A stretch of DNA of 64,000 nt from Cyanophora paradoxa CCMP329 (lineage: Eukaryota > Plantae > Glaucophyta). Where the stretch lies: positions 485,154 through 549,153 of the forward strand of contig QPMI01000066.1 of NCBI GenBank assembly GCA_004431415.1, given 5' to 3'. Positions 37,352 to 48,200 of the stretch are shown here, piece after piece. The notes below the pieces were generated by a model. It ran no database searches. It was not told the origin of the DNA and was given only the letters and a program-made list of their open reading frames with translations. Every line of letters starts with the position of its first letter. Positions within the stretch are counted from its first letter, which is position 1. A program made the position numbers and the translations under genes.

Positions 37352-38666
37352 ATGTTCAGTGAAGATTCTGCCCCCTTCCGCTTCAACTTCGGTGGCGATG
37401 CGCCGGCCGAGGTGCGCCGGCCCGCAGCTGGCCACGCCGCGAGTGCCAGCCAGCGCGCCGCAGGAAGCTGGGTCCCCGGAGCCGCCGCCGCCGGCGACTG
37501 CGGACGCTCCGATGATCGATCTCGGCGTGGACCAGCTCGTGCGCTCGCGCGATCCGCCGCGTGGGCCGCCGCTCTATGCATCCGGACCTCAATCGCGGCG
37601 GTGCGCAGGACCTGGACGAATGCGGGCATTGCGAGACCGAAGAGCAGCGGCTACCTTGCTCCTCCATCAAGCGCGTCCGCCCCTGCGCGGTGCACGGCAC
37701 CGCGCCCGGCGCGCCGTCGAACAGCGACCTCGTGCCGCGCGTCTACGAGGGCGGCTTCAAGCTCTGGGAGTGCGCGACCGACCTCGCCGGCTTCGTGGAG
37801 GAGACCGCGGCCTCGTGGAAGGGGCTGAGGGTGGCCGAGGCGCGCGCGCGCCCCGCCCCCGACCCGCGCACGCCGGTCCTTCTTCTCACTTGCGCGCGCC
37901 TCTTCGAATGCGCAGCTCGGCTGCGGGCACGGGATCCCCGGGCTCGTCGCCCTCCGCCACGGCGCCGCCTGCGTCCACTTCCAGGACTACGTGCGCCCCT
38001 TTCGCTATCTAAGCTCTCTAATTGGAGTCTTATAAACTTTAATATGTACTGCAGAACGCGGAGGTGCTGGCGCGCGTCACTGCGCGGAACTGCGCGCTCG
38101 CCTGCGGCGGCCGCGAGGCGCTGCGCTCCGCCGTCGCCGCTGGCGTCCTCCGCTTCCTCGCCGGCGGCTGGGCCAGCGCCGCCGTGAGTCCGTACCCCCC
38201 TTCGATTCGTCGTACCCCTGACGGAGGGCCAGGAGCGGCTGGGACCGGCTGGGGAGGGCCAGCAGTACGACGTGATCCTGGTGCGCCCCACCGCCGCCCA
38301 CGCTGTACCCCTCGATCGCGCTTTTTTGAATCGGTGTACCCCAGACGAGCGAGACGATCTACTCCCGAGAGTCGATGGCGCGGCTGCTCGATCTCATCGC
38401 CGCGACGCTGCGCCCCAAGACCGGCTTCGCATATCCTTCGCCCCGCCTCTTCTACCCACTTTCTCCCCCCTCTCCCTTCCTTTCCTTGACCGGCAGGGAG
38501 GGGTACGCTCGTGGCGGCGAAGCGGCACTACTTCGGCGTGGGGGGCGGCGTTCTCGCCTTCGAGGCGCTCGTGGAGCGGGACGGGCGCTTGACGTGCGGG
38601 CGCCTGAAAGTCTATGAGGACGGGTCCTCACAGACCCGCGACCTCCTTCGCCTCGTCTGGCGGTAG
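37352..38666 (+). CDS. METTL18: Histidine protein methyltransferase 1 homolog (HPM1/METTL18)
   Basis: FRFNF N-terminus, DLVPRVYEGGFKLWECATDL, ELGCGHGIPG, VHFQDYN, YDVILTSETIY and AAKRHYFGVGGG. Confidence 0.92.
38431..38506 (+). other. U12-type (minor spliceosome) AT-AC intron
   Basis: 5' site ATATCCTT at 38431, branch site TTCCTTGAC at 38482-38490 and terminal AC at 38505-38506. Removal restores the frame KTGFA-LVAAKRHYFGVGGG. Confidence 0.88.
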
Positions 38667-38785
38667 ATTGCCAAGTTGCTCTAATGGTAAATTAAAAATA
38701 GCATAGTCCAGTCCAGTGGCAGCTCTAGATCTCTGGGTTCGTTATTCGAATTGAATTGAATTCGATTTCACAACGGCGGGCTCTC

Positions 38786-41013
38786 TTATGAGACGATACA
38801 CTCCTTCCTGTCCTTCCCGTCCTTCCCCTTCTCCCTATTCCTCTTGCCGAAGGTAATGGCAAAAGGCCGGGCGCCACCGGAGGGGCGGCGGGACGCAGAG
38901 GGGGCGGGCGGCCCGGAGGAGGGGGCGGGCAGGAGGGCTGGGTCGCCGGGGGTGGGGGTGGTGTTGGGGGCGGGCGCGGCGACGGACGGGAGGGGTACGG
39001 GGCCGGGGAGCTGGCTGGTGGGCGTGGGCAGGGCGCAACCCGGCGCGTACGTCACCTGACGCAGACAGAAGAATCAGACTCGGACGCGCTCGGGCTCAGG
39101 TGAGGAGGGGGGGGGGGCAAGCGGGCACGGCGTCGGGGGGTATGGGGAAGAGGCCCTCGACGGAGAGGTAGCGCTCGCCGGTGTCGTAGTTGAACGTGAG
39201 GACCGTGGCGCCGTCCGGGATCTCGGGGAGCTTCTTGGCGACGGCGGCCAGGGAGGCGCCGGAGGAGATCCCTGCGCGCCGAAAGCAGCGCGCTGAGCGG
39301 GGGAGGAAGGGTGGTACGGCATTAGTCGGGCAAAAAGGGGGGTACCGATGAGGATGCCCTCCTGCATGGCGGAGCGGCGCGCCCACTCGAACGCCTCCTC
39401 AGCGTCCACCTGAATGATCCCGTCCAGGAGCTGCAGGGGGTACATGGTTTAGGCCGGCGGAGGGGAGAACCGGAGGGGGGTACGGCGCGCCTCGGTCTGG
39501 AGGATCTTGGGGATAAAGCCGGCGCCGATGCCCTGCAGCTTATGCGGCGCCGGCTTGCCTGCGCCGGCGTGAGCGCGAAGGCAGCGTACCCCTGAAGAGG
39601 CGGGGGGGGGGGGCGGACTTGCCTCCGGAGAGGACGGGGGCGGCCGAGGGTTCGACCCCGAACACCTTCATCTTCTGCGGGTACGGAGTTCGACCGGAAG
39701 GAAGCGGGGCTGGAGCGGGGGTGGGGATACCGCACCGGGAACTTCTGCTTCAGGACGCGTGCGCACCCCGTGATGTGTCCCCCCGTCCCGACGCCCGTGA
39801 TCTTAGGGGAGGGGGCGGAGATAAGCGGGCCCGCGGGGCTGAATAACAAGATGAAGTAGGGCAAAGGAGGGCGCGCCATGAAATCGATCCCGTCCGGAAA
39901 GTCGCTGAGGAGCTCTGCGCTTCTTCTCATCAGAGGGAGGGGCGGAGGGAGGAAGGACGAGTTCGCGGCGCGAGAAACAAAGAAAGGGACGGGCCCTGGG
40001 CGGTGGTCTCGGCGTGGGCTTCCACGTTTGACGCGTTGTCGAACTGGCGGGCGGGAACCTCCGGTGAGAAAGGCAGCGGAAAAGGCAGTGGATAGGCATT
40101 AGACTTGTGTTGGACTAGACCAGTAAAGGCGGCGGATAGATACTAGGCCTGTGTAGGGCGCATCGCACCTGGCCCGGGATCCACGCCGAGGGCCGCGCGC
40201 TCGCCAGCTGCCGCGCCCGCTGGATCGCCCTGCAAGCCCGCGAGCGTGAGGGCGCGGGCGCGGGCGCGGGCGCGGGGACGGGCCGCGGGCGCCGCCCGCC
40301 TGCCGCCCCACCGAGAGCTAAGCAGCTTGAAACGTTAAGCCAGCCGCGCCCCCGGTCATGCCGCGGTCGGAGAGATAGTCCAAGGTGGCCTAGCCTTAAC
40401 TCTACCGCCCCACCTAAGCCACCTTCGGCTATCTCGCCGCGCACCCGGTCATGCCTCGGTCACGGGGCGTGAGCTCGATGTGGGCGCCGTACGCGAGCAT
40501 GATGCGCCGTCGCTCCAGAGACATCGACTCCGGCATCACCAGAGTAAGCTGAGCGGAGGTTAGCAGGGACGCGCCTTCGTACTTGGCGGGGACGCGCCTT
40601 GTACTTCTTGACAGCGCAGACCATGGCGAGCCCGATGCCCGTGTTTCCCGACGTGGGCTCGATGATCTGGCGGCGGCAAGGCGTGAGCGAGGGCAGCGCG
40701 GGGCGGGCGAGGGCAGCTCGGGGCGGGCGGGCGGGCGCGCCTCGGAGACGCCCGGCTTGAGCGTGCCCCGTGCCTCCGCGTCCTCAATCATCTTCAGCGC
40801 GACCCGGTCCTTGATGGATGCGCACGGGTTCTGTCGCTCCAGCTTCACGAACACGTTGACCTGCACGCGGCGCGAGTCGGCGAGGGCCGGCTGCGGGCTC
40901 GGCGGCGGGAAGTGGTCGGGGGCGGCGACCTTGCGGTCCGCAGGGAAGAGCGACCTGCACCGCACGACCGGCGTTTTGCCGATGCAATCGAGGATGCTTT
41001 CAACTGGCGCCAT
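38786..41013 (-). CDS. cysK: Cysteine synthase A / O-acetylserine(thiol)lyase, 13 exons, last exon Pro-rich and ending in CaaX
   Basis: [23 protein letters not shown] (PLP lysine), [46 protein letters not shown] and DTGERYLS. Without the last intron the stop is at 39096. Confidence 0.93.
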
Positions 41014-41549
41014 CTCCGCGCGCGCGCGTCGAGAGCAATGATAAAAGGGCGATCGAGAAGCTGCCCGGCGAGCGAAGGGACCGATGAAGCTTTCGGCTGG
41101 ATGCTTCGAGCTAAAACACGGCGCTCAGTGGGATGCGTGCGCCTCTGGATTCTCACTCGGCCGCTGAGGCTTGCAGCCCATCAAACTCGGCACGCCAGGA
41201 GCGACCGCTGCGCTGAATGCGACGGCGATTTGGCTGGTCCGGCTGATGGCTGCGAGCGCTGCCGGGCCGTGCGGACAAGCGGCCGGTTGCAGATTCGAAA
41301 GGGAGCGGAGCGGCTCAGTTACAGAAGCGGTGCCTCAGCTCGCCTGCGTCGCGTTTGAACGAGCGACAGCGCTAGCGCTGCTAAAGCGCAATGCAAGCTT
41401 TCGCTAAAGTTTTGCTGAACTTTTGCAGGCTGGAGGGGTACAAGCTTCCCAGAGGACAAGCCAGCTTCCCAGACGCAGCGATCGAACGAGAGGGCGGCGG
41501 TCGCTCGTCACGGAGTTTCCCAGCAGTATCGCAGCCTACGTCGGGAGTC

Positions 41550-44500
41550 ATGGAGGCGCCATTGAAGAAGCAAATCTTCGAGCTTATGAGCGTTCGAAGC
41601 GGGTTCGAGGACATGTTCGGCGACGAAGAACACATACAAGGGTCCATCGTAGAGTGCGCTGCTGCCGGACGCATTCGTCCCGCGTTAACGTTCGTCGCTG
41701 ACATTCGACGCGGCAGTTCCGCAATTCATGTAGCCGATCCGACAACGCTTAAGTGGGTCTCACAAATCCGTTCCTGGAAGGAGCGCACCAGCGCTTCAGC
41801 ACTAGCGGCACTCTCGGCAAACTACGCACAGAAGCGCGTCGACGCTCCCAGCGCGAAGCTAAAGAAGCGCTACAAGCATCAAGAATCGTGCGCTCTTCAC
41901 GGCAGCGATGCCAGCGTGCTCCGGCCGGGCCCGCTGCGTGCGACAAATCCCCATGCGAACGTTCGCGCAGGGAAACCGACGACGGCAGCGAGAGCGACGA
42001 GGACAAAACTGCGTACTATGATGTCCGAGATATCCCAGATTACCAACGAAAGGGCCACGCGGACGAAGGCTTGCCGCTGATCGCTGGAAAGCGGCTCTGG
42101 GGCCTCCACATTGGGCCATGGCTCTTCCGTTCCGCGTACCCGCTCCGTCTCATTCTCAGAGCTTCTTCGAATGACCTTGCGTGCGTTTCCTTCGTCCTCT
42201 CTCCGTTGGCCGCGCCCGGCCTTCAAGCTTACGGGGAAAGCAGGATCGATCTCGCGGGCTGGTGTCCGAGCGTCAACGCGAGCTTTCTTGACAAGGACAA
42301 GCCGAAACATGGGATTGGTGCGCGCTCTCCGCCTCTTTTTGTGTGCGCTTTTGAAAACTCATCGCATTTCGCAGCCAGCAGCGCCTCGGAAGACGAGGAG
42401 GAGGAGGAGCTTTCGGATGACGACGACGACAACGAAAAGAACGTAATTTTGAAGGCTATGAGCCGCGGGATAAAAGCTCGCGGTCGTCAGCATTTTCGAT
42501 TGCGGGAGGCCCGGTGGATGCACCGGTTGAAGCTCGATTGCGGGAAGTCCGCGGTTGTCTACCGCCTGCGCATCCCTTTCGACAGGTGCGCGGGCCGCGC
42601 CGCGCGCCGCTGCGCATGCGACCGCTCACGGAGCCACCGGGCAGCGTGCACGCGGCGGCGCTGTGGACCCCGGACGCGAAGGGCGGATCGGGCGCCCTGG
42701 TGCTCGACCTCCTGCGCCCGCCGGCGTTCCTTTCCCGGCGCCCGGCGGACTCCGATCGGCGGAAGCGGTGCGCCGGCGTCGCTGCGCACGCGCGCCCGTC
42801 GCGTGCGCGCCCGTCCGTCCCCGCTAACGGAGGCAGCGCAGGGCGTTCTCGGCCCGCGGCGACTTCACACCGTCGGCTGCTGCGAGCGGCAGCCCGCGGC
42901 TCGTGGTGCTGGGCGACCTGCGGGAGCTGAAGGAGGCCTGTCAGCGCGCCCTCGTGCGCACGCCGCCGCCCGCCGCCGCCGCGCACCGCCGCCTTGCGCT
43001 CCTCACTCCGCCCGCCGCAGTCAAAGTCGGCCGCCTTCCGCAACGCGTGGGCGCGGGGGGCGGCGCCCGCCTTGGATCCGGCCCCGGGTGCGCCCCCTCC
43101 GGTCCAGGCGCACGCCGTCCCTGCGCGCGCTGCCCGCCAAAGGCCGGCCCGACCGCGCAGGAGCGTACCCCACGTACCTTGCACCCCGTGAGGGTCTCAC
43201 GGTGGAAGCGCTGCGGGGACTCTCCGCCGCCGATCTGCGGGCCGCCCTCGCGGCTGCGGGGCCGCAACCGCCTCGCCTCCACCCGGACGCTCCGCGGTTC
43301 GTGTGCCCAGCTCTGACGCTGGGCTACGTTTACGTTCGACCGACGCCCGTTCGCGTTTCAGGGCGGCTCTGGAGTCGCTTGCGACGGCCCTGCTCCCTCG
43401 TGCAGCGCCTGCAGCGCCGGCCGCGGCGCCCGCGGCGCCCACCCCCGCAAGCGTCGACGCCGAGACGCGGCGGGCGATGGTTCAGGTGAGAGGGCTCGCC
43501 CTTGAGCTCCGCCCGCCGGCCCGTCTGCACCCTTCTGATCGATTCCCGCGGCAGGTGCTCGTGAAGCGAGGGCTCCTGAAGGCAGCGGACCTGGGCCCCG
43601 ACGGCCTGCCCCTCCCGGGGAAGAAGCGCCCGGCCCTCGGCGCGTGCCCCGCGCCGCCCGAGCGGGACAACGGGCTGGGGGAGATTCCCCGCCTCTCGCG
43701 CTGCTTCGTCGACCACGTCAACCACCGGTGCGGCCGCGGCCCGCGCGCCCGCGCCGTGCCGCCTAGGCCTCCTCTCTCCAGCACTGGTGCCAGCGGCTCG
43801 CAATCGACTAATCCCGCATTGCCGACCCCGCGCAGCTGCAAAAGCGTGGAGGACGTCGAAAGGGTGCGCCCGGCGTGCATGAATATTGCGTACCCCCGCT
43901 CCCAGCGTCCCGTCTGACGGGGATCTCGCCCGTCCGCGCAGGCGCTGGGGCGCTATGTGGACGAGGACATGATAAGGTTCCCGAAGGACGTTCCTGAGGG
44001 AGGTGCGGTCGCTCGCGATCGCCAGCGCGAGGCTTGGGCGCCTACCCCCTTGACGTCGACCTGGATGGTTTCTGGCAGAGCGCGAGGGGACGGCCGAGAA
44101 CATGCTGCGCTACGGCGGCTTCGGCGATGTCAGCTTGGCCCTGCCCGGCCCCTGCCTCCCCACCCCAGACCTCACCGCCCGCGACAGGGCTACTACAGCT
44201 TCTGCGAGGGGGACGTCGTGAGCGAGGACTGCTCCTGGCACTGCCCCTACTGCCACACGTGGTGAGGCCCGGCCTCGCCCAAGCGAGCCGCGAGCGCGTC
44301 GCGCATCGCTGAGCCGGCCTCGCAGCCGGGGCTGGAAGGAGGACCACTGCCGCTGGTGCGGGGAGTGCTACTACAGCGGCGGGGTGCGCGGCCACCGAGC
44401 TGGACCGGCAGGTGATCCTTCCCCCCCCCCCCCCCTTCCCCCCCTCTTCCTCTTCCCCCGGCCCCCTCCACCCCCTCCATCCCCCCCCTCCCCCCCCCCT

Positions 44501-44977
44501 CTCCCAGCCCCTCAGCCTCCCCTCCTCTCCCCCTCAGCCCCCTTCCTCTCCCCCGGCCCCTCCAACCCCCTTACTCTTCTCCCCGACCCCCTCCAACCCT
44601 TCCCCTCCCCCTCCCCCCCCCTTCCCCAGTTTGACGCCTACCCCCCTTCCCCCGCACAGGTCGTGCCGGACGCCGACGCGCAGTGGCTCCTGAAGCTCGC
44701 GGACCTCCACCGAGCCTACGCCGAGGCGAGGCAGGAGGCCCGGGACCTGCGCGGCAAACTGCGCGCGAGCCAGCTGCAGGCGGCCTTCGGCGGCGCGTCG
44801 AGCTCCGGACCCGCCGCTAGCGCTGCCGACGATGTCGCGGCCCGGCTTCAGGCCCTCTTCTCCAGTTTGGGGGCCGACGTCGACGGGGCAGAGCCGGGGA
44901 TGTTTAGCGCTGGCGCGGGCTCCTCCTCAGGTGCAAAGAAGAAGAAGAAGGGGATCCGGATCCGGACGAAGAAGTAG
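41550..44977 (+). CDS. Unknown multi-exon protein with a TRF2/HOY1 PH-like region and a C-terminal Cys/His zinc-finger cluster; start uncertain
   Basis: LHIGPW..YRLRIPFDSV..LVLDLLRPPAF..GDFTPSAAAS; an acidic tract; YYSFC..CSWHCPYCHTC..HCRWCGECYY; Lys-rich end with TAG at 44975-44977. Confidence 0.5.
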
Positions 44978-45241
44978 TAGATCTAGAGTTTACAATTGCA
45001 GCTTGGCAATTAAGATTGTGTATACGTTTACGTAGATTTAAGTGTGTGTGTACGTAAATCAGATGCACATGCATATGCTTTTCTGAAAATTTCCTTTCCT
45101 TTAATTTCGAATTCCGCGCTGGCCATGGGACGTGCTATAGCTATAGCTATAGCTATAGCTATGCATATGCATATGCATACGTATATGTAGAGCCTCTATT
45201 AATATTGGCCGACACATACCCGTACAACTGCAGCCGGCGCC

Positions 45242-48200
45242 CTACCGCATAGGGGATACCGCGATCTTGAGTTCGACGTACGCCTCCGGCAGCACAGCCC
45301 CCAGGTCCGCGCTCTGCGGCGCGCGGGGGTTCGAATCCGCGGCGTGCGGTTTCGAGGGCGCGCATGAACGTACCTGGAGGCGGAACTGCTCGTGCCAGCT
45401 GCCGCCCTGGCCCTGGGCGTACCCCGCGAGGGAGACGCGGCCCTCGGCCACGTGGGCGAAGCTGCCGGCCGCCGTCTTCGCGAAGATCCCGACGGTGAGG
45501 AGGGCCAGCTCGACGGGGGGTACGAGGGTGAAGGTCCGTGTGGCGTTGAAGTAGGGTCGCTCGGCGGGTCCCACCTCCCCCACGTCCCACGGCTCGCCCC
45601 CCGCCTGCTTCCCCGTACCCACGTGCACCTGCGCGCGGTACACCGCTGCGGAGAAAAGGGGGATTAGAGAAAGGGGGTACTTCGTTCGCGGGCGGCCGCG
45701 CCTTTGCCCTGCGGGAGCTTGCCGGCCTCCACGAGCGTCACGTTGAGCCGCCACTGCTTCGCGGACGGATCTGCGGGCGCCGCCACCGCCGCCGCCGCCG
45801 CGGAGCGCGCGGCCGGCGGCTCGGCCCGTGCCGCCGCCTGGCCCTCTGAGGCCCGCGCGGGTACGGGCACGAGAGGGCCGCCCGCCGGCAGGGGCGGCTC
45901 GGTCGGCCCGCGCTGCTGGGGTACGTCGCGCTGGAGGTCGCCCAGGGGTACCCGTCCTCGTCGTGGTACGTGACGATCGTCTTGGACCGCGGCAGCGCCG
46001 GCTCCGGCCCCGCGACGCCCCCGGCTGCGCCCCGGCTGCGCCTGCTCCGCCGCGTGCCAGTGCTCGCGCCTCGCGATCGTCCGCCTCGCGGGCCGCCCGC
46101 TGCCGCTGCTGCGCCTCTGCCTGCTCGAAGTACGAGGGGCCCTCCGGCGCCGGCGGCGGCGCCGGCTGCGCGGCGGCTGCCTTGCCGGAGGGCACAGCGG
46201 ACTTGGAGGGCACCCGCCGGGCGTCCACAAGGTGCCTGCAATAACAAAACAATCATTAAAAAGATAATCCCGATAACTGTTTAAAGGATGAAATAGCTTA
46301 CAGGTCGCCGAGGGCGTGGGCGTGCTCGAGGAGGGCACCGCCGCGCTCGGCGGCGGCGGCCGCCGCCGCCCGCCGCTGCTTCTCCTCGGCCGTGACCGGC
46401 GTGACCACCTGCGTCCCGCCCCGCAGCGGAGGCGCCGCGGCGTGCCCCGCGGCGCCCGCCTCCGACGCGCCGTAGTCGTAGTCGCTCCGCCGCGCCGCCG
46501 AAGCGGTCGGCTGCTTCGACTTTGCGCGCGGGCGCGAGCGGCTCCGCTCGGCGGCGCGCCCGCGCTCGGAGCGGTGCGGGCGGCTCTTCTTGCGGGGCGC
46601 GCGCCGGACGACGCGGACGACGGCGGGGGCGGCGAGGCCGCGGCCGCGCTCCGCGAGGGCCGCCAGCTGCTGCAGCTGCCGCGCCATCTGCTGCTCCCGA
46701 AGCTGCGGAACGCGATAAATAAATGAGCTCTAGAAAGGCTCTCTAGAGGACAGCTCGGGCTCTTACAAAGAAACCGGAAGAAAGCGGGAAGCAATGAATG
46801 AGCGAAGACGTTTGGAAAGAAAAGGGAAACTCATAAGCTAGTCATACAAAGAGCTAAACAAGCTTAGAGGAAAACCGGAAGAACTGGCTCTTAAAGGACA
46901 GCTCAGGCTCTTAGAAAGTATAGCAAGAAAGGGAGAACTCATAAGAAGCTAGTCTTATTAAGTGAGCTGAGTCTTATTATTAGTCCCTCACCTGCATGAT
47001 CGTCATGAGCTGCGCGTGCTGAGCCGAGTCCATGCGCGCCGCCATGCGCGCCAGCCGCTCCGCCGCGTCCGCCCCGCCCCGCCCCGTCGCGCTGGCGCCG
47101 TACATCGGCTGCGCCAGCGACGAGGGCGCGGGGTACGGCCCCTGCATCTGCATCTGCTGCATCTGCGTCTGCAGCGCCAGGGCGGCCGCTTCGGCTCGGG
47201 ATCGGCTGCTGCTCCTACGCTTCGCCTTCTTCTTCAGCTTCCGCTGCAGCTTCTCGGCGGCGGCCTCCCGCAGGCGCAGCGCCGAGGCGGGGGTCGTCCC
47301 GTAGGGCGCCCACTCGGGCGCTCCGGCGGCGACCGCGGCGGCGGCGGCGAGGGCGCGGCCGCGCTCGGAGCGCGAGGTCGAGGAGGCGGTGCGCGAGGAG
47401 GACGAGGCGCTCGTCGAAGAGGGCGAGGTGGAGCGGGACGAGGAGCCGTGCCGCCCGCCCCGCCGCCTCCGCGAGGAGCTCCCGTAGGGGTACCCCACCT
47501 CGGCGGCCACCTCCGCGGCCGCGAACGGGTTCCGAGCCATGCGGCGGGCGAGCCGCGCCTCGGCGCGGCGCAGCGCCCGCTCGCGCGCACGCAGCGCCCG
47601 CTCCCGCTCGTCCTCACCCTCGCTCCAGCTGCTGCTGCCGCTGCTCCGGCTCCGGCTGCGGCTGCGGCTCCGGGCGCGCCCACGGCTGTGGAGGTGGTGG
47701 CCGCGGTGGTGGTGCTGGCTGTGATGGTGCCGCCCGTGGCGCCCCTCCCGCTCGTGCCGCTCCCGCTCGCGCTCGGCGAGGCGCGCCGCCTCGCCCCTCT
47801 CGAGGCGGCCGCCGGGCTGCGACCCCGCCACGTGCAGCATGACGTCGTCCGCGTCCGTGAAGTGGTACAGCAGCCTGGGGGGGTATACGGTGAGGCCCGA
47901 TTGGGGGGGGAAGTCGGCTCAGATCACCTGAACTCGACCTCCATGGTGTCGGCGGGGACGCCGGGCCCGCGGGGCCGCCGTGCCGCGGCACCGGCGCCGC
48001 CCGTCTTGTGCGAGACGTCTGTGACGAAGTCGCACCGGTCGCACTGGCCCGTCGAGTCGACCGTGCCCTGCGCCGCCCGCTCGGTCAGGAGAGAAAGCGT
48101 ACCCCCCGCGACCTCCCAGGAGCCCCCCGTACCCGGAGGCACTTGGAGCACTGCCCGACCCACGCCTGTCGCCGCAGCGCCTCCGTGTCATCGATGTACC

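Noticed and set aside
3198-41013. Alternative genetic code or selenocysteine (SelJ-like ARH)
   Set aside because: Conserved genes translate with the standard code after splicing; TAG, TAA and TGA all act as stops, and no in-frame TGA was found in ARH exons.
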